Position numbers and translations under genes: made by a program
Shown here: positions 1 through 8,126 of the stretch, in pieces
How the letters are laid out: the number at the start of each line of letters is the position of its first letter
How positions within the stretch are numbered: the stretch's first letter is position 1
The notes under the pieces: generated by a model
Databases searched by the model: none
Told to the model about the DNA's origin: nothing
Seen by the model: only the letters and a program-made list of their open reading frames with translations
Source: Olsenella sp.
Lineage (GTDB): Bacteria > Actinomycetota > Coriobacteriia > Coriobacteriales > Atopobiaceae
Length of the DNA stretch: 30,460 nt
NCBI GenBank assembly: GCA_015062715.1
Contig: SUUD01000001.1
Span: 1 to 30,460, forward strand
Reading direction: 5' to 3'

Positions 1-1
1 C

Positions 2-1171
2 GACATGAACGACCGCCAGCTCCGCAACGTCGTGGACGGCATGGGCGGCATCGCCGACGGCGTGCCTCGCCAGGACGGCTTCGACATCACCGTCGCCTCC
101 GAGGTCATGGCCGTGTTCTGCCTGGCCACCGACCTCGAGGACCTCAAGGCGCGCCTGGGCCGCATGGTCATCGCCTACACCTATGACCGCGAGCCCGTCA
201 CCGTGAGCGACATCCACGCCGAGGGCGCCTGCACGGCCCTTCTCAAGGACGCCATCAAGCCCAACTTGGTCCAGACCCTCGAGAACAATCCCGCCTTCGT
301 CCATGGCGGCCCGTTCGCCAACATCGCCCACGGCTGCAACTCCGTCCAGGCGACCATGACCGCCCTCAAGATGGCCGACTACGTGGTCACCGAGGCCGGC
401 TTCGGCGCAGACCTCGGTGCCGAGAAGTTCCTCGACATCAAGTGCCGCGCCACGGGCCTCAAGCCCAGTTGCGTGGTCATCGTGGCCACCGTCCGCGCCC
501 TCAAGTACAACGGCGGCGTGCCCAAGGCCGAGCTTGGCACCGAGAACCTCGAGGCGCTCGAGGCCGGCATGCCCAACCTGCTGCAGCACGTCTCCAACAT
601 CCAGGACGTCTATGGCCTGCCCGCGGTCGTCGCCATCAACGCCTTCCCCACGGACACCCCCGCCGAGCTCAAGCTCGTCCAGGACAAGTGCGCCGAGCTG
701 GGCGTCAATGCCGTGCTCGCCGAGCACTGGGCGAAGGGCGGCGAGGGTGCCGTCGCCCTGGCCGAGGAGGTCGTGCGCCAGTGCGAGAAGCCCAACGACT
801 TCCGCTTCTCCTACGACCTCGACCAGGACATCTACGGCAAGCTGCATGACATCGGCCACAAGATCTACCACGCCGAGCACGTCCTGCTCCTTCCCGCCGC
901 CGCCAAGAAGGCCAAGGAGCTCGAGCGCCTCGGCTTTGGCAACCTGCCCATCTGCGTGGCCAAGACCCAGTACAGCTTCTCCGACGACCCCACGCTGCTG
1001 GGCGCCCCGAAGGGCTTCACACTCAACGTGCGCGACCTGCGCGTCTCTGCCGGCGCCGGCTTCATCGTCGCCTACACCGGCGACATCATGACCATGCCCG
1101 GCCTGCCCAAGGTCCCGGCGGCCGAGAAGATCGACGTCACCCCCGACGGCAAGATTGTGGGCCTGTTCTAG
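2..1171 (+). CDS. fhs: Formate--tetrahydrofolate ligase, 5'-truncated by the window edge
   Basis: Fhs motifs [51 protein letters not shown] and IMTMPGLP. The frame is open to the window start, so the ATG at 5 is internal. Confidence 0.97.
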   Translation, partial: DMNDRQLRNVVDGMGGIADGVPRQDGFDITVASEVMAVFCLATDLEDLKARLGRMVIAYTYDREPVTVSDIHAEGACTALLKDAIKPNLVQTLENNPAFVHGGPFANIAHGCNSVQATMTALKMADYVVTEAGFGADLGAEKFLDIKCRATGLKPSCVVIVATVRALKYNGGVPKAELGTENLEALEAGMPNLLQHVSNIQDVYGLPAVVAINAFPTDTPAELKLVQDKCAELGVNAVLAEHWAKGGEGAVALAEEVVRQCEKPNDFRFSYDLDQDIYGKLHDIGHKIYHAEHVLLLPAAAKKAKELERLGFGNLPICVAKTQYSFSDDPTLLGAPKGFTLNVRDLRVSAGAGFIVAYTGDIMTMPGLPKVPAAEKIDVTPDGKIVGLF

Positions 1172-1184
1172 GAGCTGCTATCGA

Positions 1185-1263
1185 GGGGCCGAGCGTTTCC
1201 CCTCCGGACGTCCTCGCACAAGCCCAGTGCTGCGGGATGTCCGTCAGAGAAACGCTCGGCCCC
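1185..1263. repeat. Long nested inverted repeat (stem-loop) downstream of fhs
   Basis: Perfect 15-bp arms GGGGCCGAGCGTTTC (1185-1199) / GAAACGCTCGGCCCC (1249-1263) enclose an inner stem CGGACGTCCTCGCA / TGCGGGATGTCCG. A second hairpin CCAAGCTC/GAGCTTGG lies at 1309-1330. Confidence 0.85.
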
Positions 1264-1378
1264 GCATCTCCTGAACGAGTGCCTTTAGCTAGAAGGGCAA
1301 ACAGCGGGCCAAGCTCATCGGCGAGCTTGGTCTGGCCGTAGGCTTGTCAAAGAACGTCTTCACAGGAGGAGTTACGCC

Positions 1379-2005
1379 ATGGCAGAACCACTTACCAAGC
1401 TGAGCTGCGAGGACTTTGCCACCGTGCTTGCCGCCAAGGAGTCCGTGCCTGGCGGCGGCGGAGCGGCCGCGCTCGTGGGCGCCCTGGGCGTCGCCCTGGG
1501 GTCCATGGTGGGCAACTTCACCACCGGCAAGAAGCGCTATGCGGACGTCGAGGATGACATCCAGCGCATGCTGGCCGACGGCGAGGTCATCCGTGCCCGC
1601 CTCATCGAGCTCGTGGCCGAGGACGCCGAGGCGTTCTTCCCGCTCTCGCAGGCCTATGGCATCCCCAAGGAGGACCCCACGCGTGCCCAGGTGCTCGAGG
1701 AGGCCACCAAGAACGCCTGCGCCGGGCCCGTCGAGATGATGCGCCAGGTCTGCCGCGCGATCGAGCTGCTCGAGGAGATGGGCCAGAAGGGCTCCAAGAT
1801 GCTCATCTCGGACGTGGGCTGCGGGGCGCTGCTGTGCCGCGCCGCGCTCGAGGCCGCGAGCCTCAACGTCTTCGTCAACACCAAGACGCTTGCCGACCGC
1901 GCCTTCGCCGAGGGCCTCGAGGCCGAGTGCGACGCCATGCTCGCCGAGTACGGCCCGCGCGCCGAGGCCTGCGCCCAGGCCGTCATGGACCACATCAGGA
2001 AGTAG
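1379..2005 (+). CDS. fchA: Cyclodeaminase/cyclohydrolase (FTCD_C) family; likely methenyl-THF cyclohydrolase FchA
   Basis: Motifs SVPGGGGAAALVGALG, DAEAF, GSKMLISDVG and SLNVFVN. SD AGGAGG upstream; lies between fhs and folD. Confidence 0.85.
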   Translation: MAEPLTKLSCEDFATVLAAKESVPGGGGAAALVGALGVALGSMVGNFTTGKKRYADVEDDIQRMLADGEVIRARLIELVAEDAEAFFPLSQAYGIPKEDPTRAQVLEEATKNACAGPVEMMRQVCRAIELLEEMGQKGSKMLISDVGCGALLCRAALEAASLNVFVNTKTLADRAFAEGLEAECDAMLAEYGPRAEACAQAVMDHIRK

Positions 2006-2008
2006 CGC

Positions 2009-2055
2009 GATTGTGCCATTGGTGCCTGTCCCCAATGGCACCCAATGGCACAATC
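2009..2055. repeat. Intergenic REP-like palindrome with GTCCCC core
   Basis: 14-bp arms GATTGTGCCATTGG / CCAATGGCACAATC; near-identical copy at 29782-29816. Confidence 0.85.
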
Positions 2056-2073
2056 TGGATGAAAGGACTCACC

Positions 2074-2928
2074 ATGGCAGAACTGCTCAAGGGCCTGCCC
2101 GTTGCCAATGCCATCACCGAGGAGCTCGTCGGCCGCGTGGCGGCCCTCGAGGAGCGGGGCGTCCACCCCACCCTTGCCATCGTGCGCGTGGGCGAGCGCG
2201 ACGACGACCTCTCCTACGAGCGCGGCGCCCTCAAGCGCGCCGAGAAGGTGGGCCTGGGCGTGCGCCAGTTCGTCCTTCCTGCCGACTGCTCGCAGGACGA
2301 CCTCATGGCCGTCATCGACGAGGTCAACGCCGACGACTCCATCCACGGCTGCCTGATGTTCCGCCCGCTGCCCAAGACCCTCGACGAGGCTGCCGCCTGC
2401 GCCGCGCTCGACCCCGCCAAGGACGTCGACTGCATCACCGAGGGCTCGCTCTTCGGCGTCTTCGCCAACCGTCCCACGGGATTTCCGCCCTGCACCGCCC
2501 AGGCGGTCATCGAGATCCTCGACCACTACGGCTACGAGCTCACCGGCGTCAACGTCACCGTCGTGGGCCGTTCGCTGGTCATCGGCAAGCCCGTCTCGAT
2601 GATGCTCCAGGCGCGCAACGCCACCGTCACCATGTGCCACACCCGCACCCGCGACCTCGCCGCCGAGTGTGCCAAGGCCCAGATCCTGGTCGTCGCCGCC
2701 GGCCACATCGGAACCGCCGGGGCGGCGTCGGTCGCCCCCGGCCAGGTCGTCATCGACGTGGGCATCAACTGGGACGAGGCCGCCGGAAAGCTCTGCGGCG
2801 ACGTCCTCTTCGACGAGGTCGAGCCCATCGTGGCCGCCATAACGCCGGTCCCGGGCGGCGTGGGCTCGGTCACCACGGCCGTCCTCGCCAAGCATGTCGT
2901 CACCGCTGCGGAGCGCACGCTCGCGTAG
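2074..2928 (+). CDS. folD: Methylenetetrahydrofolate dehydrogenase (FolD family)
   Basis: Motifs KDVDC, VVGRSLVIGKP, VIDVGIN, GKLCGDV and ITPVPGGVGSVTTAVL. SD GAAAGGA before the ATG at 2074 (MAELLKG). Confidence 0.95.
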   Translation: MAELLKGLPVANAITEELVGRVAALEERGVHPTLAIVRVGERDDDLSYERGALKRAEKVGLGVRQFVLPADCSQDDLMAVIDEVNADDSIHGCLMFRPLPKTLDEAAACAALDPAKDVDCITEGSLFGVFANRPTGFPPCTAQAVIEILDHYGYELTGVNVTVVGRSLVIGKPVSMMLQARNATVTMCHTRTRDLAAECAKAQILVVAAGHIGTAGAASVAPGQVVIDVGINWDEAAGKLCGDVLFDEVEPIVAAITPVPGGVGSVTTAVLAKHVVTAAERTLA

Positions 2929-2938
2929 TAGGATTCGT

Positions 2939-2962
2939 GGTGCGCGGGATTGCCCGCGCACC
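2939..2962. other. GC-rich stem-loop without U-tract between folD and folE
   Basis: GGTGCGCGGG-ATTG-CCCGCGCACC, perfect 10-bp stem. Confidence 0.6.
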
Positions 2963-2991
2963 TGCTGCACGGTGAGGGAGGAAGGACCACC

Positions 2992-3579
2992 ATGAGCGAG
3001 AAGCTCACCTATCACGAGCTTGACAAGGCGCGCGTGGAGGCGGCCGTTCGCGAGCTGCTCCTCGCCATCGGCGAGGACCCCGACCGCGAGGGGCTGCAGG
3101 GCACGCCCGACCGCATCGCCCGTGCCTGCGAGGAGATCTTCGGCGGCATGCAGGAGGATCCGTCCCGCCACCTGCTCAAGCAGTTCGACGAGCCGGGCAA
3201 CGAGGACATGGTCATCGTGAAGGACATCCCCTTCGCCTCGATGTGCGAGCATCACCTGCTGCCCTTCACCGGGCGCGCCCACGTGTGCTACCTGCCGCGC
3301 GACGGCAAGATCACGGGCCTCTCCAAGCTGGCCCGCTGCGTGAGCGGCTACGCGCGCCGCCCGCAGCTCCAGGAGCGCCTCACCCAGCAGATCGCCGACG
3401 CCATCGTCGACCGCCTCGACGCGCGCGGCGTGCTCGTGGTGCTGCAGGCCGAGCACTCCTGCATGAACATGCGCGGCATCCGTGCGGCGGGCTCGCTCAC
3501 GGTGACCTCCGCCGTGCGCGGCTGGTTCAAGGACGACCTCAGGGCCCGCGAGGAGGCCCTGCGCCTCATCGGGCTGTAA
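2992..3579 (+). CDS. folE: GTP cyclohydrolase I
   Basis: Motifs [38 protein letters not shown] and [16 protein letters not shown] before the ATG at 2992. Confidence 0.96.
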   Translation: MSEKLTYHELDKARVEAAVRELLLAIGEDPDREGLQGTPDRIARACEEIFGGMQEDPSRHLLKQFDEPGNEDMVIVKDIPFASMCEHHLLPFTGRAHVCYLPRDGKITGLSKLARCVSGYARRPQLQERLTQQIADAIVDRLDARGVLVVLQAEHSCMNMRGIRAAGSLTVTSAVRGWFKDDLRAREEALRLIGL

Positions 3580-3587
3580 CGGTGAGG

Positions 3588-3686
3588 GGAGCCAAAGGGG
3601 ACGTTTCCCTTTGGCTCCGAGCCAATAGGGACAGACGCTTATTCTGTTCCGGAAACGAGCCAAAGGGAAACGTCCCCTTTGGCCCC
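3588..3686. repeat. REP-like doublet: two inverted palindromic units with GGGGAC/GTCCCC core
   Basis: GGAGCCAAAGGGGACGTTTCCCTTTGGCTCC (3588-3618) and its inverse GAGCCAAAGGGAAACGTCCCCTTTGGC (3657-3683); another copy at 15188-15216. Confidence 0.85.
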
Positions 3687-3701
3687 GCGAGAGGGGACGG
3701 C

Positions 3702-4508
3702 ATGCCCACCAACGAGTATCCCACGGTCGACGCGCTCGCGCCGGCCGCCATAGAGGCCAAGGCGGAGGCCGTCGGTACCGGCAAGGCCACCATGCCGCCC
3801 GCGCGCTCCTTCGTGCTCGCCTGCCTGGCGGGCCTCTTCATTGGCATGGGCGGCATGTTCATGCTGCTCGTCAAGTCAGACTCCTCGCTCTCCTTCGCGG
3901 CGAGCTCGCTTCTGGGCGGCCTCTCGTTCAGCCTGGGCCTCTTTGCGGTGCTGGTTGCCGGGGCCGAGCTCTTCACCGGCAACAACCTCATGGTCCTGGG
4001 CTGCCTGGGCGGCAGGTACACGCCCGCCCAGCTCCTGCGCAGCTGGTGCGTGGTCTATGCGGGCAACCTCGTGGGCTCGCTCGTGCTGGTCGCCATCCTC
4101 GTCGGCGCGAACTTCGCCGGCATGGGAGGCGGCGCGGTGGGGGAGTGCGCGGTCGCGGTGGCGACCACCAAGTGCTCCCTGCCCTTCGCGACGGCCTTCT
4201 TCCGCGGGATCATGTGCAACGTCCTGGTGTGCCTCGCCGTGTGGCTGGGCTTTGCGGGCAAGACCGTGGTGGACAAGTTCCTGGCCGCCGCGGTTCCCGT
4301 GACGGCCTTCGTGGCCTGCGGCTTCGAGCACTGCGTGGCCAACATGTTCTTCCTGCCCTATGGCCTGGCGCTGTCGGGTGGCACCGAGGCCATCACCCTG
4401 GGCGCCATCGCGGGCAACATCATCGCCGCCACGTTGGGTAACATGGTGGGCGGGGCCGTGCTCTTCGCCGGCGCCTACTGGCTCGCCTTCGGAAGGAAGG
4501 ATGCGTAA
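3702..4508 (+). CDS. Formate/nitrite transporter (FNT) family channel
   Basis: FNT motifs GAELFTGN, GIMCNVLVCLAVW, GFEHCVANMF and TLGNMVGG; several hydrophobic helices; ATG at 3702 after GAGGGG. Confidence 0.93.
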   Translation: MPTNEYPTVDALAPAAIEAKAEAVGTGKATMPPARSFVLACLAGLFIGMGGMFMLLVKSDSSLSFAASSLLGGLSFSLGLFAVLVAGAELFTGNNLMVLGCLGGRYTPAQLLRSWCVVYAGNLVGSLVLVAILVGANFAGMGGGAVGECAVAVATTKCSLPFATAFFRGIMCNVLVCLAVWLGFAGKTVVDKFLAAAVPVTAFVACGFEHCVANMFFLPYGLALSGGTEAITLGAIAGNIIAATLGNMVGGAVLFAGAYWLAFGRKDA

Positions 4509-5920
4509 TGCCCTACTCGGTGCCCTTCGACGTCCCCGAGCTCACCTACGAGGAGTCGCTGCACGTCCTGCATGAGGTCCTGCGGTTCGGCATCTGCCCC
4601 ATGCTTGAGACGGTCGAGGACATGCTCGCCGAGCTGGGCGACCCCGACCTCGCCTTCGACTGCATCCAGGTTGCGGGCACCAACGGGAAGACCTCGACCA
4701 CGCGCTTCTGCGCCGCGATCCTCATGGGGGAGGGGCTCAATGCCGCCCTCTACACCAGCCCCGAGCTGGTGAGCTACACCGAGCGCATGGAGGTGGGCGG
4801 CAGGCCCGTCTCCGAGGCACAGTTCGCCCACGGGCTCTCGGCCGCCGTCGAGAGCGGTCGTCGCGTCAACGAGCGCCGCGCGGCCGCGGGCGAGCGCCCC
4901 TACGACATCACCGAGTTCGACCTGCTCACCGTCGCCGCCATGGTGGTCTATGCCGAGGCGGGCGTCGACGTCGCCGTGCTCGAGTGCGGCATGGGCGGGC
5001 GCTGGGACGCCACGAGCGCGGCAAAGTCGATCCGCTCGGTCGCCGTTACGGGCGTCGGGCTCGACCACATGCACGTGCTGGGCGACACCGTCGAGGCGAT
5101 TGCCGCCGAGAAGGCCGCCATCATCAAGCCCGGCCGCACCTGCGTGCTGGGCGTGGGCACCGCGGCGCCGGCATCGGTCGAGGACGTCTTCCTCGACCAG
5201 TGCGCCACGGCCGGCGTGACGCCCACCTTGCTCGTGCCCGAGCTGCTCGAGGACGCCGAGGGCGAGATGCTCTCCGACGAGGTCCGCCCGCACGAGGGGC
5301 TGCCCCACGCGTCGTTCCGCATCGCCCACAGGCCCTGCTCCCTGGGCGACGCCCTCGTCGTCGACGTCGTCACGCCCCGTGCCGCCTATGCGGGCGTCTC
5401 GGCGCCCAAGCCGCGCTACCAGGCTGCCAACATCGCCTGCGCCGTCGCGCTCGCCGAGGACTACCTGGGCCGGGCGCTCGACCCCGCCCTGCTCGCCGCG
5501 TCCGTCTCGACCTGCCCCACGCCGGGCCGCTTCGACGTCGTGCGGACCGAGCCCCTGGGCCTGATAGACGCCTGCCACAACCCCCAGAGCGTGGAGACCT
5601 TCCTCACGGCCGTACGCGCCATCGAGCCCGACCCTGCCGCTCGGCCGCTGCTTTTGTGCGCCGCCCTCGCCGACAAGGACTGCGCCGGCATGGTGGGGCT
5701 GCTCACGCCCGAGTTCCCCCGCGTGGTGGTGACGCAGACCTCAAGCCCGCGCGCCCTGGCCGCAGACGAGCTGGCCGGCCTCTTCCGCGAGGCTGGCGCG
5801 GACGTCGTGGCGACCCATCCCACGGTGGCCGAGGCCCTGGCGGCGCTGGCAGAGGTGCCCTTCGTGGCCTGCGGGTCCATCACCCTGGCGGGGGAGGTCG
5901 CGGGCATCCTGCGCGCCTAG
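4508..5920 (+). CDS. folC: Folylpolyglutamate synthase/dihydrofolate synthase family
   Basis: P-loop AGTNGKTST, ECGMGGRWDAT, GLDH, EKAAIIK, PGRF and DACHN. The start overlaps the FNT stop (TAATG). Confidence 0.9.
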   Translation: MPYSVPFDVPELTYEESLHVLHEVLRFGICPMLETVEDMLAELGDPDLAFDCIQVAGTNGKTSTTRFCAAILMGEGLNAALYTSPELVSYTERMEVGGRPVSEAQFAHGLSAAVESGRRVNERRAAAGERPYDITEFDLLTVAAMVVYAEAGVDVAVLECGMGGRWDATSAAKSIRSVAVTGVGLDHMHVLGDTVEAIAAEKAAIIKPGRTCVLGVGTAAPASVEDVFLDQCATAGVTPTLLVPELLEDAEGEMLSDEVRPHEGLPHASFRIAHRPCSLGDALVVDVVTPRAAYAGVSAPKPRYQAANIACAVALAEDYLGRALDPALLAASVSTCPTPGRFDVVRTEPLGLIDACHNPQSVETFLTAVRAIEPDPAARPLLLCAALADKDCAGMVGLLTPEFPRVVVTQTSSPRALAADELAGLFREAGADVVATHPTVAEALAALAEVPFVACGSITLAGEVAGILRA

Positions 5921-5974
5921 GCGCCAATAACCGATGCCTTGGGGCAAAGGTGCGCCCCTTGCCGTTCGTGATTT

Positions 5975-6096
5975 CGGGCACAACCTCCCCGATGCCCTCG
6001 GGTGGCTCCCTGCCAACTGGGAAAACGCGGTGCGGTTGTGCCCGTTTCCATGGTTGTGTCCGAAAGGCCGGCCGGCAGGGGGAAGGGTTGTGACCG
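5975..6096. promoter_or_regulatory. Four copies of 11-mer GGTTGTGNCCG (one inverted, three direct)
   Basis: CGGGCACAACC 5975-5985; GGTTGTGCCCG 6034-6044; GGTTGTGTCCG 6052-6062; GGTTGTGACCG 6086-6096. Function inferred only. Confidence 0.45.
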
Positions 6097-6191
6097 AAGG
6101 GCCTGGCGCCCGCGGGTCACGCCCCATTTGTGGTCATGTGCTGGCGTGTTGGCGGCCTTGCGTCCGCATGGGCACGGCCCTTCCGCCCTTT

Positions 6192-6200
6192 TGCTAAAAT
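6192..6200 (+). promoter_or_regulatory. Putative extended -10 promoter element
   Basis: TGcTAAAAT about 40 bp upstream of the ATG at 6241. Confidence 0.55.
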
Positions 6201-6240
6201 GAAACGCTGGATGCACCCGACACTAAGGAGACACCTCCCC

Positions 6241-6672
6241 ATGTCTGACATGATCAACCAGTTCATCACCCCCGAAGTGCGCATGGTCCTCTACATGATG
6301 CTTGCGTGCATCGTCATGCTGTACGTCCTCTCGATCGTCTACGTCATTCGCGACGCCCAGCGCCGCGGCGCCGAGCCCTGGTGGCTCTGGGCCATCATCT
6401 CGGTCATCCCCGTGGTGGGCCTGCTCGCCTACGTCATCCTGCGTCCCAGCTCCTACCTCATCGACCGCGAGGAGCAGGACCTCGACATCGCCCTGCGCGA
6501 GCACCAGCTTTCGCACTATGGCATCTGCCCCAAGTGCGGCACCCCCATCGACCGCGACTTCATCGTCTGCCCCATGTGCAACACGCAGGTGCGCAACGTC
6601 TGCCCCACCTGCCACAGGCCCCTCAACGCCGACTGGAAGGTCTGCCCCTACTGCCGCACCCGCATCCAGTAG
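6241..6672 (+). CDS. Membrane protein with PLDc_N-like TM hairpin and C-terminal double zinc ribbon
   Basis: RDAQRRG..WWLW...IPVVGLLAYVILRP followed by four CxxC pairs (CPKC, CPMC, CPTC, CPYC). SD AAGGAG before the ATG at 6241. Confidence 0.85.
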   Translation: MSDMINQFITPEVRMVLYMMLACIVMLYVLSIVYVIRDAQRRGAEPWWLWAIISVIPVVGLLAYVILRPSSYLIDREEQDLDIALREHQLSHYGICPKCGTPIDRDFIVCPMCNTQVRNVCPTCHRPLNADWKVCPYCRTRIQ

Positions 6673-6695
6673 CCCAATCCCAAAAGCGCATGTAC

Positions 6696-6726
6696 GAGGC
6701 CGTCCGCAAGGGCGGCCTCTTCCTTT
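6696..6726 (+). terminator. Intrinsic terminator
   Basis: GAGGCCGTCC-GCAA-GGGCGGCCTC followed by TTCCTTT. Confidence 0.7.
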
Positions 6727-6830
6727 CACGCCGCGACTGGCGATACAGGCGCGCCGAGGCGCCCGACGTGTGCGAGAATGGGGGCACGCGTTTGTGCCGC
6801 ATGACGATGCGGCCAGGAAAGGAGCAAAGC

Positions 6831-7913
6831 ATGTTCTGCAGCCACTGCGGTGCCGAGGTCATGGATGGCGCCGCCTTCTGCCCCAAGTGCGGGGCCGCTC
6901 TCTCTGCTTCGGCACCTGCCACGCCCGAGCCCGAGGTCGCGCCGGTCGTCGAGCCCGTCGTGGTCCCCGCGCCCGTCGCGACTCCGGAGCCGGTCCAGCC
7001 GGCCGAGAGCGTCACCCCGCTGATCCCGACCGATGCCGCGCCGGCGGTCGCGACCCCGGCACCCGTCCCGGAGCCCGTCCCCGCCTACGTCAGCACCCCG
7101 GCCCCGCAGCCCGCGCAGTACGTCCCGCAGCCCGTCTCGGACGTCCCGCCCACCAGCGGCGCCTCCAACCCCAGCCAGCCGGCCTACGTCCAGCAGCCCG
7201 CCCAGGGCTCCTACGGCTACCAGCCCGGCGCGCCGGTCGCGCCTGCCCCTGCCAAGAAGAAGCCGCCCGTGGTCGCCATCGTCATCGGGGCCATCGTCGC
7301 CCTCGCCGTCATCTTCGGCATCGGCGGGACCCTGTTTGGCGGGGATGACGACGACTACGAGCCGTCCGGCGCCTACACCCTCGACGGCCTCGACTACCAG
7401 GGCAACCCCACCTTCCAGGCGATGGCGGGCAGCGATGGCTCCAGCCTCGTGGACACGCTGGAGGGTATTGGCTGGGAGTGGAGCGAGGACAAGCTCTGGT
7501 TCACCTCGTCCGACGGCAACGACTGCTTCTACGTCTTCGGTCCCAACGACTACGAGTACACCTACGACGAGATCCGCGGCCTTGCCGCGGACGGTGCTGG
7601 TGAGCCCGTCGTCTACGTGCTGGCCCTCGACGACCGCGACTACTTCTCTGCCGAGGACGCCCTCGACAACATCACCGACTACGAGTACGACAAGGTCGAG
7701 TGGCTCAACGAGGACGAGAACACGGGCGTCGCCCTCATCACCAACGAGCAGGGCGAGACCCAGCTCATCCTCATAGACTACAAGGAAGACCCGGGCTTCT
7801 ACGTCATCAACATCTTCAACAACGAGGCCGTCGAGCAGAACGTAGCCTCCGAATGGCTGGGCGATGACTACGGCCGCACCCCCGAGCAGATCTGGTCCTC
7901 CCTCTTCGACTAG
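6831..7913 (+). CDS. Zinc-ribbon / Pro-rich / single-TM protein with acidic extracellular domain (paralogue 1)
   Basis: MFCSHCG..FCPKCG, Pro/Ala/Val linker, KKKPP followed by a hydrophobic helix, and a C-terminal domain shared with three neighbours. SD AAGGAG. Confidence 0.88.
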   Translation: MFCSHCGAEVMDGAAFCPKCGAALSASAPATPEPEVAPVVEPVVVPAPVATPEPVQPAESVTPLIPTDAAPAVATPAPVPEPVPAYVSTPAPQPAQYVPQPVSDVPPTSGASNPSQPAYVQQPAQGSYGYQPGAPVAPAPAKKKPPVVAIVIGAIVALAVIFGIGGTLFGGDDDDYEPSGAYTLDGLDYQGNPTFQAMAGSDGSSLVDTLEGIGWEWSEDKLWFTSSDGNDCFYVFGPNDYEYTYDEIRGLAADGAGEPVVYVLALDDRDYFSAEDALDNITDYEYDKVEWLNEDENTGVALITNEQGETQLILIDYKEDPGFYVINIFNNEAVEQNVASEWLGDDYGRTPEQIWSSLFD

Positions 7914-7943
7914 CGTCAGACAGACAATCGCACAAGGGCACAG

Positions 7944-7980
7944 GGCGCCCGTCGGGGTCACCGGCGGGCGCCATCTTTTT
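7944..7980 (+). terminator. Intrinsic terminator
   Basis: GGCGCCCGTCGG-GGTCA-CCGGCGGGCGCC followed by ATCTTTTT. Confidence 0.75.
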
Positions 7981-8126
7981 GCCCGCACATGCCCGCTCGC
8001 ATACCCGCTCATGCCAGAGGCCTATTTCGGGGCTGGTCTGAGGATGGCTTCCCTCGAGGTGTGAAAGAATCACGGTAGTCCGGTAAAGCGCGCCTGTCAC
8101 GCCTGGCAGGCAAGGAGGGAGTGCTC

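Noticed and set aside
1172-1378. THF-I, THF-II or ZTP (pfl) riboswitch
   Set aside because: Only scattered short words match. The GCGUUAAGUG block and AGAGUAG 5' strand are absent, GGGATG is in a stem rather than a loop, and the ZTP CGCCUGGG element is absent.
5921-6240. Small ORFs in the folC-zinc-ribbon spacer and the upstream start at 6130
   Set aside because: No recognisable coding signal; the SD and -10 point to the ATG at 6241.
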